Assembly (NCBI GenBank): GCA_007376445.1
Contig: VMGF01000001.1
Span: 316,203 to 380,202 of the forward strand
Length of the DNA stretch: 64,000 nt
Direction: 5' to 3'
Source: Parcubacteria group bacterium Gr01-1014_3
GTDB lineage: Bacteria; Patescibacteriota; Minisyncoccia; UBA6257; WO2-44-18
Each line of letters starts with the position of its first letter. Position 1 is the first letter of the stretch. The notes beneath the pieces were generated by a model, which saw only the letters and a list, made by a program, of their open reading frames with translations, was not told where the DNA came from and searched no databases. Made by a program: the position numbers and the translations under genes. Positions 27,073-35,613 of the stretch are shown one piece after another.

Positions 27073-29062
27073 ACCGAAGATTCCGCAATGGAAGCGGCCG
27101 GTGACGTCGAAACTCCTACTTCCGCCTTCGGCGAATTTTAATAGATATTCTGGGCCAAGCTCGCCGAAGCCAAAAAATTCCTTCCAGACGCCACTCGCGG
27201 CGACTCTGGTGATTTTTTTATTACTGATAGTATTTTATGCCTCCAATATCTTTGACCTTAAGAAGAAGGTGGCCGGAGTGGCGCCAGCGGTTTCCGATAA
27301 ATTTCAGACCGCCCTGGAGTCTTTGTTGAACCTGGATATAAAGTCTGCTAAAGAAAATTTTGCTGCGGCATCTTCTGATATCGATTCGCTCAAATCCGAA
27401 GCGAATCGCTACGGCCTCACCAGCATAGCGGAGACGATCGGCGTAGTGATCCCATATGTAAAATCTTTCCCGGATCTGGTAAAGAGCGTGGCCGATCTCG
27501 CCAAGGGTACGGTGGATCTGAGTACCGATTTGGAAAATCTGTATAAAAATATGCTGGGCTGGATGATCAACCGAGAGGGCGATCAGCTGATCAAAAGCTT
27601 GTCTGGGATGAAGGATCGGGTAGAGAAGATCGGCGGTCTGACGGCGACGATCATGGAGGCTGGCTCGAAGATAGGTGATGGCCTGGGGCCGGATTTAGGA
27701 GCGGTGAACGCGAAGGTTAAAAAAGGCCTGGGTTTTTTGGACTCTTTTTTGGGCTGGCTGAATGTGTCCCGTAATCAGCATCTTTTAGTTTTATTTCAAA
27801 ATCCGGATGAGATCCGCCCGGGTGGAGGATTTATCGGAAGTTACGCACATGCGACTTTACTCAAGGGCAGTCTTATGGATTTGGATGTCCGGGATATTTA
27901 CGATCCCGATGGCCAGCTGGTTCGGAAAGTGGTTCCGCCAAAAGCACTTCAGCGGATTACGGAGAAGTGGGGAGCTCGTGACGCCAACTGGTTCCCGGAT
28001 TTTCCAACTTCGGCGCGGAAAGTTTCGGAATTGCTAGAAAGTTCAAAGATCTATAATGAACAGCTGGTTAAATTCAGCGGGGTAGTGGCACTCAACACTG
28101 AAGTTATCCGCGATCTGATGGATGTCATCGGCCCGGTGAAGTTAAAGGATTACAATCTTACGCTAAATAGCGCGAACATTATCAAGATCATTCAGTCCGA
28201 GGTGGAATCGGGAGAAGATAAAAAAGCCGGCCAACCGAAGAAGATATTGCAGGTTTTGACTCCAATCATTTTTGACCGGATCGGTAAACTTGGCGACGAA
28301 GAGAAAAAAGGCTTGCTCCTCAAGCTCAAAGAGCGGTTTCAAGGAAAGGATATTATGGTGTATTTCAAAGACCCATCCTTAGAGGCCTACCTGAAAGAGG
28401 CCGGAGTAGCGGGCGAGATAGCGTCTCTGCCGAATAGTTTTTTTGGAAGTTATCTCTCTGTGGTGAACGCGAACATCGGCGGCGGCAAGAGTGATGCCTT
28501 CGTGGATCAATCGATCGGCTTGAATGTGAAAATTGCCAAGGATGGAGCTATCTCGAATCGTCTGGTAATCACCCGCGAGCATACTGGCGAGGAGGAAAAA
28601 GAGTGGTGGTATAAAGCCACCAATAAAAATTATATTCAGGTCTTAGTTCCGCTGGGTTCGCGTTTATTAAAAACAACGGGAGCGACGACGAAGCCGGCTC
28701 CAGTCGCCAGGAATTATAAAGCCTTGGGTTTTCAGATAGACGCGGATGTTTCCGGAATAGAAGCGGCTGGCGCGATGTTCGGCAAACTAGTTTTCGCGAA
28801 CTGGCTGGATGTTCCGGCTGGCGAGAAAAAATCTCTTGAGCTGGAATATCTGAATCCAGGCAAGTTCGATCTTTCAAAAAATAAAAAATTCAGCTTTATA
28901 TTTGATAAGCAATCGGGTGTGAATGGAATATTGGCCCTGGAAATCGAACTACCGGAGGGCTATATGTGGGAAGCAACCGGATCGCGCGTGTTTAAAGAGA
29001 GCTATCAGGGTCTGCTGTCTCGAATTTCTCTAGATTTAAATCTTTTGGAAGTTTCGCGGTAA
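27038..29062 (+). CDS. hypothetical membrane-anchored protein, DUF4012-like
   Basis: It has an N-terminal TM and then a large domain with the block NPDEIRPGGGFIGSYAHATL, reminiscent of DUF4012 proteins. This is recall only. It overlaps the glycosyltransferase gene start, which suggests an operon. Confidence 0.4.
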   Translation: MPKKFQDILPPKPKIPQWKRPVTSKLLLPPSANFNRYSGPSSPKPKNSFQTPLAATLVIFLLLIVFYASNIFDLKKKVAGVAPAVSDKFQTALESLLNLDIKSAKENFAAASSDIDSLKSEANRYGLTSIAETIGVVIPYVKSFPDLVKSVADLAKGTVDLSTDLENLYKNMLGWMINREGDQLIKSLSGMKDRVEKIGGLTATIMEAGSKIGDGLGPDLGAVNAKVKKGLGFLDSFLGWLNVSRNQHLLVLFQNPDEIRPGGGFIGSYAHATLLKGSLMDLDVRDIYDPDGQLVRKVVPPKALQRITEKWGARDANWFPDFPTSARKVSELLESSKIYNEQLVKFSGVVALNTEVIRDLMDVIGPVKLKDYNLTLNSANIIKIIQSEVESGEDKKAGQPKKILQVLTPIIFDRIGKLGDEEKKGLLLKLKERFQGKDIMVYFKDPSLEAYLKEAGVAGEIASLPNSFFGSYLSVVNANIGGGKSDAFVDQSIGLNVKIAKDGAISNRLVITREHTGEEEKEWWYKATNKNYIQVLVPLGSRLLKTTGATTKPAPVARNYKALGFQIDADVSGIEAAGAMFGKLVFANWLDVPAGEKKSLELEYLNPGKFDLSKNKKFSFIFDKQSGVNGILALEIELPEGYMWEATGSRVFKESYQGLLSRISLDLNLLEVSR

Positions 29063-29726
29063 GCTTCAGGAGTTTTCCGTCAGGAAGCGTAAATTCGACT
29101 GAGCCAGCGTGCAGAAATTGGCGATTCACCCAGGATGGGGTAGGGCGTCGGCCGCCATAAAGCCTATCGCCGACTATCGGGTGATTGGTTGAGGCCAGGT
29201 GAATACGAATTTGGTGAGTGCGTCCGGTTTTAGGGGCTACCTCTAGTAAAGTTAGATCGTGATTTTCCCACTTAAGCCGGCGAACGGTCCGATAAACCGT
29301 GGTCGCGTCCTTAACCATTTTCGCGTGGCGGACATCCGAAGTTCGCTTTAAAGTACCGGTTTTAATTCCAATTGGTTTTTTAATTACGCCGCTCGCGGGC
29401 TGCATTTTACCCCAGACTATTGCCGTATAGGTTTTTTGGATCTGGTGGGTCTGAAAAAGATTTTTTAAATATTCAAAAGTTTTTTGATTGCGGGGTACTA
29501 AAATAATTCCCGAAGTGTCCTTGTCCAGACGATGTACGATACCAGGACGATGTTCCGGATCATCGCCAACGGTTTTAACTTCCGGATATTTTTCGAGCAA
29601 CCAGTCAGTAAGCGTTGCCTCAGACTTTTTTCCTTCAATGGGATGAACTAAAAGACCGGCCGGCTTATTAATGGCCAAGAGGTTTTTGTCCTTGTAGATT
29701 ACTTCTATCTTCGGTTTCATTGCCAT
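28992..29726 (-). CDS. RluA family pseudouridine synthase
   Basis: It has the catalytic motif HRLDKDTSGIILV. Confidence 0.85.
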   Translation of the reverse strand: MAMKPKIEVIYKDKNLLAINKPAGLLVHPIEGKKSEATLTDWLLEKYPEVKTVGDDPEHRPGIVHRLDKDTSGIILVPRNQKTFEYLKNLFQTHQIQKTYTAIVWGKMQPASGVIKKPIGIKTGTLKRTSDVRHAKMVKDATTVYRTVRRLKWENHDLTLLEVAPKTGRTHQIRIHLASTNHPIVGDRLYGGRRPTPSWVNRQFLHAGSVEFTLPDGKLLKLTAKLPKDLNLEKFETADPDSSL

Positions 29727-29795
29727 ATTGTACCAAATTTTTCATATTTTTGCAACTAAAAAACCCACTCTTTTTATAGAGTGGGCAGTACTTTG

Positions 29796-30347
29796 TTATA
29801 CACCGTATTCATCCAACATTTTAAGGTGGTTAGCAGCGGCAAGGAGGCGGGTTACTCGACAGGTAGCTATCACGGTCGAGTCATGATTATATGGCCGTTC
29901 CAAGATGATTGTGTTGCATCCAGCCTTGTAGCCAGCGCTGACATCCGCGTAGGTGTCACCAATAATGTAGGAGTGAGACAGGTCAATGTTCCACTTGTCG
30001 GCGGCCGCAATCAGCATCCCGGGATTCGGCTTCTTCATGGGGCAGCCGGCTTCCCGTGTGTGGCGGCACATAAAGCAGTCATCGGGCTGAACGCGCGCCA
30101 GGACGGCTTCATGAATTTTTGTCCATTCCTCTTCCGAGACATGTCCATAAGCGACATCGGGCTGATTGGTCGTGATGATGCGAAGATACCCGAGATCCGA
30201 GATGATCTTCATTGCCAGATCGACGTCCGGATCGAATTCTAGCTCATTCATCGAAAATGGCGCGGTCATTTTGTCGAATCCAGGACGAGCGATGGCCTTA
30301 ATTAGGGTGCCATCGCGATCCAGAAAAACCGCTCTGCGTTGTGGCAT
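29796..30347 (-). CDS. HAD-IIIA phosphatase, D,D-heptose 1,7-bisphosphate phosphatase (GmhB)-like
   Basis: It has FLDRDGTLI (DxDGT), the Cys/His cluster CFMCRHTREAGCPMKKPNPGM, and IIGDTYADVSAG. Confidence 0.75.
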   Translation of the reverse strand: MPQRRAVFLDRDGTLIKAIARPGFDKMTAPFSMNELEFDPDVDLAMKIISDLGYLRIITTNQPDVAYGHVSEEEWTKIHEAVLARVQPDDCFMCRHTREAGCPMKKPNPGMLIAAADKWNIDLSHSYIIGDTYADVSAGYKAGCNTIILERPYNHDSTVIATCRVTRLLAAANHLKMLDEYGV

Positions 30348-30545
30348 CGGACCTCCATATTAAAGTGCGGTCAAATTATGCCATAAAACCACAAAATCCG
30401 CCAGGGGCGGACTTATGGAAAGTAACAGTTATGAGTAAGCGATTCGCTTATTGAGAGTGAGGTTTCAATAAGCCAATCACATCATATAAAACAGGGGAAA
30501 TAGGGACTTGGTTTCAGTTGTAAGTTTTAAGGTATAAGTTAAAAG

Positions 30546-30893
30546 TTATCTGCGAAAAGTGTTCAGATAGGCGATCAAAGCCCGGCCGAAGTCGCGGAGA
30601 ATCAACGAACTGATGCCCAGGCCAAGAAGAATCGCGATCTGGACGAGAGTATGGGTTCCGAAGAAGGCGGTGAAAATATATTTGATGAATTCCCAAAGAT
30701 TCGAGTCCGCGGCGCCCGTCGCGTTTTCCAGTACTTTACCCACGAAAACTTTATTCGCGAAAATTCTTAGCGCGATCAATAAAATTACGATCTGGGCGAC
30801 GATGAGCGGCACGATGCGGCGCATGAACCAGATCGCGTAAACTTTCCAGAGTACGCGGTTTTTGAAAAATTCGTTGAGTGTTGGTGTGGGCAT
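30546..30893 (-). CDS. small 2-TM membrane protein, possible anti-sigma partner
   Basis: It lies immediately downstream of the sigma factor gene on the same strand. Function is inferred from position only. Confidence 0.3.
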   Translation of the reverse strand: MPTPTLNEFFKNRVLWKVYAIWFMRRIVPLIVAQIVILLIALRIFANKVFVGKVLENATGAADSNLWEFIKYIFTAFFGTHTLVQIAILLGLGISSLILRDFGRALIAYLNTFRR

Positions 30894-30910
30894 TAGAATT
30901 GGATTTCGGA

Positions 30911-31477
30911 TTAAACCTCAGTACTTATTTTTTGGAATAACCTTTTAGCTCGGAATAGCCTCATTTTCAGCGTGGTAATCGTGATCTTTTCCAGCTTACA
31001 GATATCATTATAAGACTTATCCTCCAGGTAGTATAACTTGAGGACACGGGCTAAATGTTCCGGCATCTTGGTGATCACGCTATTTACCGCGGTTTTAGCG
31101 TCGTGAATATCCGCGAGACTGCTACCGTGCGTATTCGGCATTTCATCATAAAGCACCGGGTCCAGATATTCGGTCTGTCCAGATTTCTTTTTTAGATCTT
31201 GATAGTGCGTGAAAGAAGTGTTCATCAAGATCTTGTACGCCCAGCTTTTGAACTCGATGCCAGACTCCTTCTTGAAGTTCTTGCCGTATTTGTACATCTT
31301 CACGAAAGTTTCCTGAACGATGTCTTCGGCTTCCGGCTGACTGCGAACTACGCCCAGTGCCTTCCGGAGAAAGGGGGCTTGATACTTTTCCACTAAAATA
31401 CTGAATTTAGAAGGGTCTTTGAGCGCGAGCTTTAAGACCTCTTCGTCTGGTAATTGCTTATCGTCCATAACACCCAC
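30911..31477 (-). CDS. RNA polymerase sigma-70 family factor (ECF-like)
   Basis: It has region 2 EAEDIVQETFVKMYKY and a region 4 HTH YNDICKLEKITITTLKMRLFRAKRLF. Confidence 0.7.
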   Translation of the reverse strand: MGVMDDKQLPDEEVLKLALKDPSKFSILVEKYQAPFLRKALGVVRSQPEAEDIVQETFVKMYKYGKNFKKESGIEFKSWAYKILMNTSFTHYQDLKKKSGQTEYLDPVLYDEMPNTHGSSLADIHDAKTAVNSVITKMPEHLARVLKLYYLEDKSYNDICKLEKITITTLKMRLFRAKRLFQKISTEV

Positions 31478-31595
31478 TTTATACTATAACATTCGACTAT
31501 AGTCAAAGGAGACGTGAATTTTAAAAAAAGAACCCGCTACGTCCGAAGACATAGCGGGTAAGCAGTTGGGTTGCTTAGCCAGATTGACGTTGACC

Positions 31596-32255
31596 TTACC
31601 GGAAATAGAACTTGCTGAGATCGTTCTTGTTCACCATGATCCAGGCATCCCAGGTGTCGCCGCCGTCGAGTTCGATGGAGATCTTGGTGCCATCTGTGAA
31701 TTTCAGCTCGATGCCCTCGACGCCATTCTCGATCAAGTCGATGCCGTCTGGAGCAATAGTCTTGCCGCCGAATTTGGAACAAAGCTTGGCAGCGAATTCC
31801 TGGCGCGACTTTTTGAGCTTGTTTGCCCTACGCGTTTCAGCCGTCACTTTCGCTCGCTGACTGCGCCTATCCTGTAGCCGCGCATTCTCTTCCTGTGCTT
31901 TCTGGAAGTCTTTCCTGATTTTCGGATACGACACTTCCAGCGCCACTCCCACCGCAGGCACTTCGCGCCAGCCGCCGCCATCGATCTTCTTGCGCTGCTC
32001 CTTTCGCATGAACGTGTGACGGATTACAGCGGTGTAAGGGTTGATGATGGCGATGCGATCGCTCGGGACTTCGAAGTTTCCCTTGTGGGTTTCGATCATC
32101 AATTTCGGTTCATCTCCGAGAAGATGCGCCTTGATTACCGGGAAGTTCGGGAAACTGGCTCCACGCACTCGATGACCACCAGAAACGATCCATCCACCCT
32201 CGTTGAGCTTTTCGATCAGCTTCTCCGCCGACAGCGGCGTCCCGTAGAGTTCCAT
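31596..32255 (-). CDS. hypothetical protein
   Basis: It is a long ORF with good coding character and no recognisable motif. Confidence 0.4.
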   Translation of the reverse strand: MELYGTPLSAEKLIEKLNEGGWIVSGGHRVRGASFPNFPVIKAHLLGDEPKLMIETHKGNFEVPSDRIAIINPYTAVIRHTFMRKEQRKKIDGGGWREVPAVGVALEVSYPKIRKDFQKAQEENARLQDRRSQRAKVTAETRRANKLKKSRQEFAAKLCSKFGGKTIAPDGIDLIENGVEGIELKFTDGTKISIELDGGDTWDAWIMVNKNDLSKFYFR

Positions 32256-32411
32256 GACCTTTCTCCTAATTGTTTTTCAAGTTCAAAAGAACGCAGACAA
32301 TCCACATTCTTCACTAGGGTCAATTATAGCAAATATAAGGCATTTTGTCAATACCATGCAAGTTGCCAGTTGAGGCTGACTTTGATAACATCTATAATAC
32401 TTTAGTCTAGC

Positions 32412-32483
32412 GGGTGTGTAGTTCAGTGGTAGAACGCTGTCCTGATAAGACAGAGGTCGAAGGTTCGATTCCTTCCACACCCA
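32412..32483 (+). tRNA. tRNA-Ile(GAT)
   Basis: The cloverleaf is GGGTGTG-TA-GTTC-AGTGGTA-GAAC-G-CTGTC-CTGATAA-GACAG-AGGTC-GAAGG-TTCGATT-CCTTC-CACACCC-A. The anticodon is GAT. Confidence 0.85.
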
Positions 32484-32515
32484 CAGTATATTTTTTCGCC
32501 GAGAAACGAGTCTTC

Positions 32516-32590
32516 TGGTGCGCCCTGTAGGGATTGAACCTACGCTCTCACCCATGTCAAGGGTGCGCTTTACCATTAAGCTAAGGGCGC
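32516..32590 (-). tRNA. tRNA-Val(GAC), CCA encoded
   Basis: The reverse complement is GCGCCCT-TA-GCTT...AAGC-G-CACCC-TTGACAT-GGGTG-AGAGC-GTAGG-TTCAATC-CCTAC-AGGGCGC-A-CCA. It is convergent with tRNA-Ile. Confidence 0.85.
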
Positions 32591-33273
32591 ATTTTTATTA
32601 GACGTTCGCAAAATCCTTTACTTATATTAAGTAATTTTCTTTTAATTGCAACATTACCACAACTCACCGCGCAAACACCTTTGTAGCTGGGGTATGTTTT
32701 GGATCCGATAGTTCTTTTATCAAGATTCACAAACTTAAAATTTTCGATTGGTAAATCAAGTTCTTTGGACCAAAATTTTTTCATTTTTTCTGGACTTTGA
32801 TCCGCTCTTAAATAAAGATCGCAGCGCAATTTATCATCCGGGATAAGATAAAAATTTTTCAACATATAAACAAAAGACTTTAATAAGAGTGGGTTGGAGT
32901 TGCCCATACCAGTGCTGTCTTTGCTTTTTATTCCTTCTCCCATGTATAACATTGCCAGGGCGATTTCCAGCGTTGCTTTATTCCGCATATTTAAATTATT
33001 CAGAACCGCCTCCGCCTCCTTTTGCGCCACTAAAAGTCTTTTTTGTTTTTCGTTTCGATGCCACTGGCTTGCCACCTCTCTTGCTTTTACTAAACCATTC
33101 TTCCATCTCTTAATGAGATTCGACTTTTGTTCTTTAGTTAATTCAACATTTTTAAACCAACCACTAAGAGTAGAGCGGTGAATTTTAAGCTCTTTTTCTA
33201 TTCGCCCAATAGACAGGCCGCGCCGTCTTAGATAGATTGCCTTGTGTTTTTTTCTGGACCACTTAGAATCCAT
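32581..33273 (-). CDS. HTH-domain protein with a degenerate LAGLIDADG-like motif (possible decayed homing endonuclease/maturase)
   Basis: It has an N-terminal HTH RGLSIGRIEKELKIHRSTLSGW and a central LEIALAMLYMGEGIK block resembling a degenerate LAGLIDADG. Its 3' end overlaps the 5' end of tRNA-Val by 10 nt on the same strand. Confidence 0.3.
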   Translation of the reverse strand: MDSKWSRKKHKAIYLRRRGLSIGRIEKELKIHRSTLSGWFKNVELTKEQKSNLIKRWKNGLVKAREVASQWHRNEKQKRLLVAQKEAEAVLNNLNMRNKATLEIALAMLYMGEGIKSKDSTGMGNSNPLLLKSFVYMLKNFYLIPDDKLRCDLYLRADQSPEKMKKFWSKELDLPIENFKFVNLDKRTIGSKTYPSYKGVCAVSCGNVAIKRKLLNISKGFCERLIKMRP

Positions 33274-33522
33274 GTATAAATTATAACATCAGTAGTCTGA
33301 TGACGGCAAATAAAAAAACCGGACTATTTATCCGGTCTTTGATTGTCATTCAAGGCAGATCTTGAGACGAGCGTCTCCACAATAAAAAAACCAATGGTCA
33401 TCAATAATGTACTTATAACGATCGGGCTTGGTACGATTCCGCAAAACTGAAGAATCATCATAACCATCAATACAGCCAGTCCCGTGATAGTTGCCCGATG
33501 TTCCGAGATCCAGAACTTCACT

Positions 33523-33723
33523 TTATAGACCCTCCGCTTTTTCGAGGTTAAAGTTAACAATTTCCGGTGGAGATGACAAGGATTGGTTTCGGGACTGAAT
33601 GACTCTTTTGGCGAGGAAAGATACGCCCAGGGAAGCGATGGCGCTCAGGATCATTAGTATTATCAATCCAGCTACTACCAGGGCGATCGAGGCCTTTCGA
33701 TGTTTTTCTTGATGGAAGTCCAT
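33523..33723 (-). CDS. hypothetical small membrane protein
   Basis: It has a single TM. Its ATG is formed at the terminus of Family B element copy 1. It overlaps another small ORF (33324-33560) out of frame. This may be a frameshifted gene. Confidence 0.3.
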   Translation of the reverse strand: MDFHQEKHRKASIALVVAGLIILMILSAIASLGVSFLAKRVIQSRNQSLSSPPEIVNFNLEKAEGL

Positions 33724-33840
33724 CCCGTTAGAAGCAGGTCGTCGAAGACGACCGTAGATCTGCCGTCCGACAACGGTTTGGTAAAAATTTTAATTTATTA
33801 TTCGGGTTTTGTGTCATAGATTAGTTGCTTCTAACGGGAT
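33722..33840. repeat. Family B inverted-repeat element, copy 1 (119 nt; ATCCCGTTAGAAGCA ... TGCTTCTAACGGGAT)
   Basis: It has 15-bp terminal inverted repeats. It exactly fills the spacer between the PilO-like stop and the 33723 start. A second 119-nt copy lies at 55628 in inverted orientation. Confidence 0.85.
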
Positions 33841-33845
33841 CCATT

Positions 33846-34367
33846 TCACTTAAAGAATACTTTAACTTTCGCGCTTAGCTCAAAGTGATCGTCTTTTCGG
33901 ATTAGATTTGTTTCTTCAAAAGCGATCGGCAGAGCGCCGTTTTCAAGGCCGCGTAAAAAGTTTAAGAGATCGGAATAAACGCCGCTGGCTTTCAAATTAA
34001 ACCGCAGTACACCCGGTTGGTCTGGTTTCGGCATGATCGTATCAGCAAGATTGATCTCGGTGACGATCTTATTTTTTGAGCCCTGCGAATTAACCAGGTC
34101 AGATAATTTCGCGGCCTGGTCTTGGCTCGGAAGGAGTTTCGATAATTTCTCGGTCAGCTGGCCAGCTTCTTCGGCTTGTCGGATAAGCGCGTCCAGTTCG
34201 GCGGTACCGACTTTACGGAGATCCAATTCACTCTTTTTTTCGAAGACGGTGCCGAGGGAGATGTCGAGGTGGAAGGCGAGTCCGAGGGCGATGGCCGCGA
34301 GTCCGCCAATCACGCCAAGGGTGATGAGGATTTGCGATAGAATTTGTTTTTTAGAAGAATCGAGCAT
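33846..34367 (-). CDS. PilO/GspM-like pilus assembly protein (start probably at the second Met)
   Basis: It has a short cytoplasmic N-terminus, a TM ILITLGVIGGLAAIALGLAF, a coiled-coil, and a C-terminal alpha/beta domain. The upstream Met at 34430 would overlap the dprA start. Confidence 0.4.
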   Translation of the reverse strand: MLDSSKKQILSQILITLGVIGGLAAIALGLAFHLDISLGTVFEKKSELDLRKVGTAELDALIRQAEEAGQLTEKLSKLLPSQDQAAKLSDLVNSQGSKNKIVTEINLADTIMPKPDQPGVLRFNLKASGVYSDLLNFLRGLENGALPIAFEETNLIRKDDHFELSAKVKVFFK

Positions 34368-34395
34368 ACTATATATATTTATTATACCACTCGCG

Positions 34396-35424
34396 ATGAT
34401 TAACGAACTTAAGGCATATAACGCTTTCAATGTGGCTTTGGCCGCTGACTACCGCAAGCTGGAGCGGATTTATAAGATGTATGGATCCTGGCCCGAGGCT
34501 TGGGCGGCGGAGCAGTCCGCTTATAAAGTTAATGCCGAAAAAGAATGGGACAAGTTGGGCGAGCATGGCATTGAACTCGTTTTGATGGGCGATAGCCGCT
34601 ATCCGAAATTACTCAAAGAAATTCCCTGGGTACCGCACGGGATCTATTATCGGGGCAAATTATCCGAAGCGCCGACCGTGGCGATCGTTGGAACGAGAAA
34701 AGTTAGCGATGTGGGCCGGAAATTAGCTTTTGATTTTGGTAAAGACTTGGCTGGCAGGGGTATGACCGTGGCGAGCGGTCTCGCGCTTGGTGTGGATGCC
34801 AGCGCGCATGAAGGCGCCCTGGAAGCCGGTGGGATCACGCTGGCAGTTTTGGCGGTTGGCCTGGATCGGGTATATCCCGCCAGACATCAGGCGCTCGCGG
34901 AAAAGATCATTCAAAGCGGCGGAGCCTTGATCAGCGAATATCCGGTAGGCATGGTTTCTTACGAGGGTAATTTTATACAGCGCAACCGGATCGTGAGTGG
35001 TTTAAGCCTAGGGACGATTATCATCGAAGCGCCAGAAAGGTCCGGAGCGCTGGCGACCGCGCGTTTCGCGCTGGATCAGAACCGGGAGGTGATGGTCACG
35101 CCCGGCCCGGCCCGTCATCCGAATTATGTTGGTTCGCATGGGCTTATCAAGGCTGGCGCTCAGCTGATAACTTCGTCCGAGGACGTGTTGGAGTCTCTGG
35201 GATTGTCGTCAAAAGAAGAAACAGGCCAAACCTTGGAGTTACCCAATATCGGCGGTGACGAAGCCAAGATTTGCGGGGTTCTAAAAACCGAAGGCCGGAA
35301 GCTGAATGTTGACAAAATCTCCGATTTATCGAAAATTGATGCCCAGACCGTGAGCCGACTTCTCACCTTTCTGGTGATGCGGGGTATAATCAAGGAAACT
35401 ACTGACGGCCAATACTATATATAG
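34396..35424 (+). CDS. dprA: DNA processing protein DprA (Smf)
   Basis: It has the Rossmann-like DprA core VAIVGTRKVSDVGRKLAFDFGKDLAGRGMTVASGLALGVDASAHEGAL and a C-terminal winged-helix. The listed ORF has a spurious 121-codon N-terminal extension. Confidence 0.85.
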   Translation: MINELKAYNAFNVALAADYRKLERIYKMYGSWPEAWAAEQSAYKVNAEKEWDKLGEHGIELVLMGDSRYPKLLKEIPWVPHGIYYRGKLSEAPTVAIVGTRKVSDVGRKLAFDFGKDLAGRGMTVASGLALGVDASAHEGALEAGGITLAVLAVGLDRVYPARHQALAEKIIQSGGALISEYPVGMVSYEGNFIQRNRIVSGLSLGTIIIEAPERSGALATARFALDQNREVMVTPGPARHPNYVGSHGLIKAGAQLITSSEDVLESLGLSSKEETGQTLELPNIGGDEAKICGVLKTEGRKLNVDKISDLSKIDAQTVSRLLTFLVMRGIIKETTDGQYYI

Positions 35425-35475
35425 AGGAGTAATCGCGAATATACAAATAAAATATTTAATATTGCGAATAATAAA

Positions 35476-35613
35476 ATGAAGTTAGTCATCGTAGAATCTC
35501 CAACAAAAGTCCCGAAAAATTCCAAATCTTTAATTTGGTTATTTTTCGAGGATCCTCGATTTTGTCATCAAATCAAAGATTTGAACAAAATCGGGACAAA
35601 AACAATCATATGA
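35476..35613 (+). other. 45-codon upstream ORF that is a decayed duplicate of the topA 5' end and ends in ATGA overlapping the topA start
   Basis: MKLVIVESPTKVPKNSKSLIW... compared with the topA N-terminus MKLIIVESPTKAKTISKFLG. The first ~35 nt of the two starts are homologous. The stop TGA overlaps the topA ATG. Confidence 0.5.

Noticed and set aside
28992-29062. 70-bp convergent overlap between the DUF4012-like gene end and the RluA gene end
   Set aside because: It probably reflects an over-long C-terminus for one of the two. The RluA C-terminus is more plausible. This is not evidence of a real overlapping-gene arrangement.
34033-34395. 121-codon N-terminal extension of the dprA ORF call
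   Set aside because: The extension overlaps the PilO-like gene on the opposite strand and has no DprA homology. A conserved DprA N-terminus begins at the Met at 34396.
35535-35609. 25-codon N-terminal extension of topA, and 12-codon extension of glmS (19612-19647)
   Set aside because: The conserved N-termini are MKLIIVESPTK for TopA and MCGIAGY for GlmS, with the Cys2 nucleophile. Both mark the true starts.
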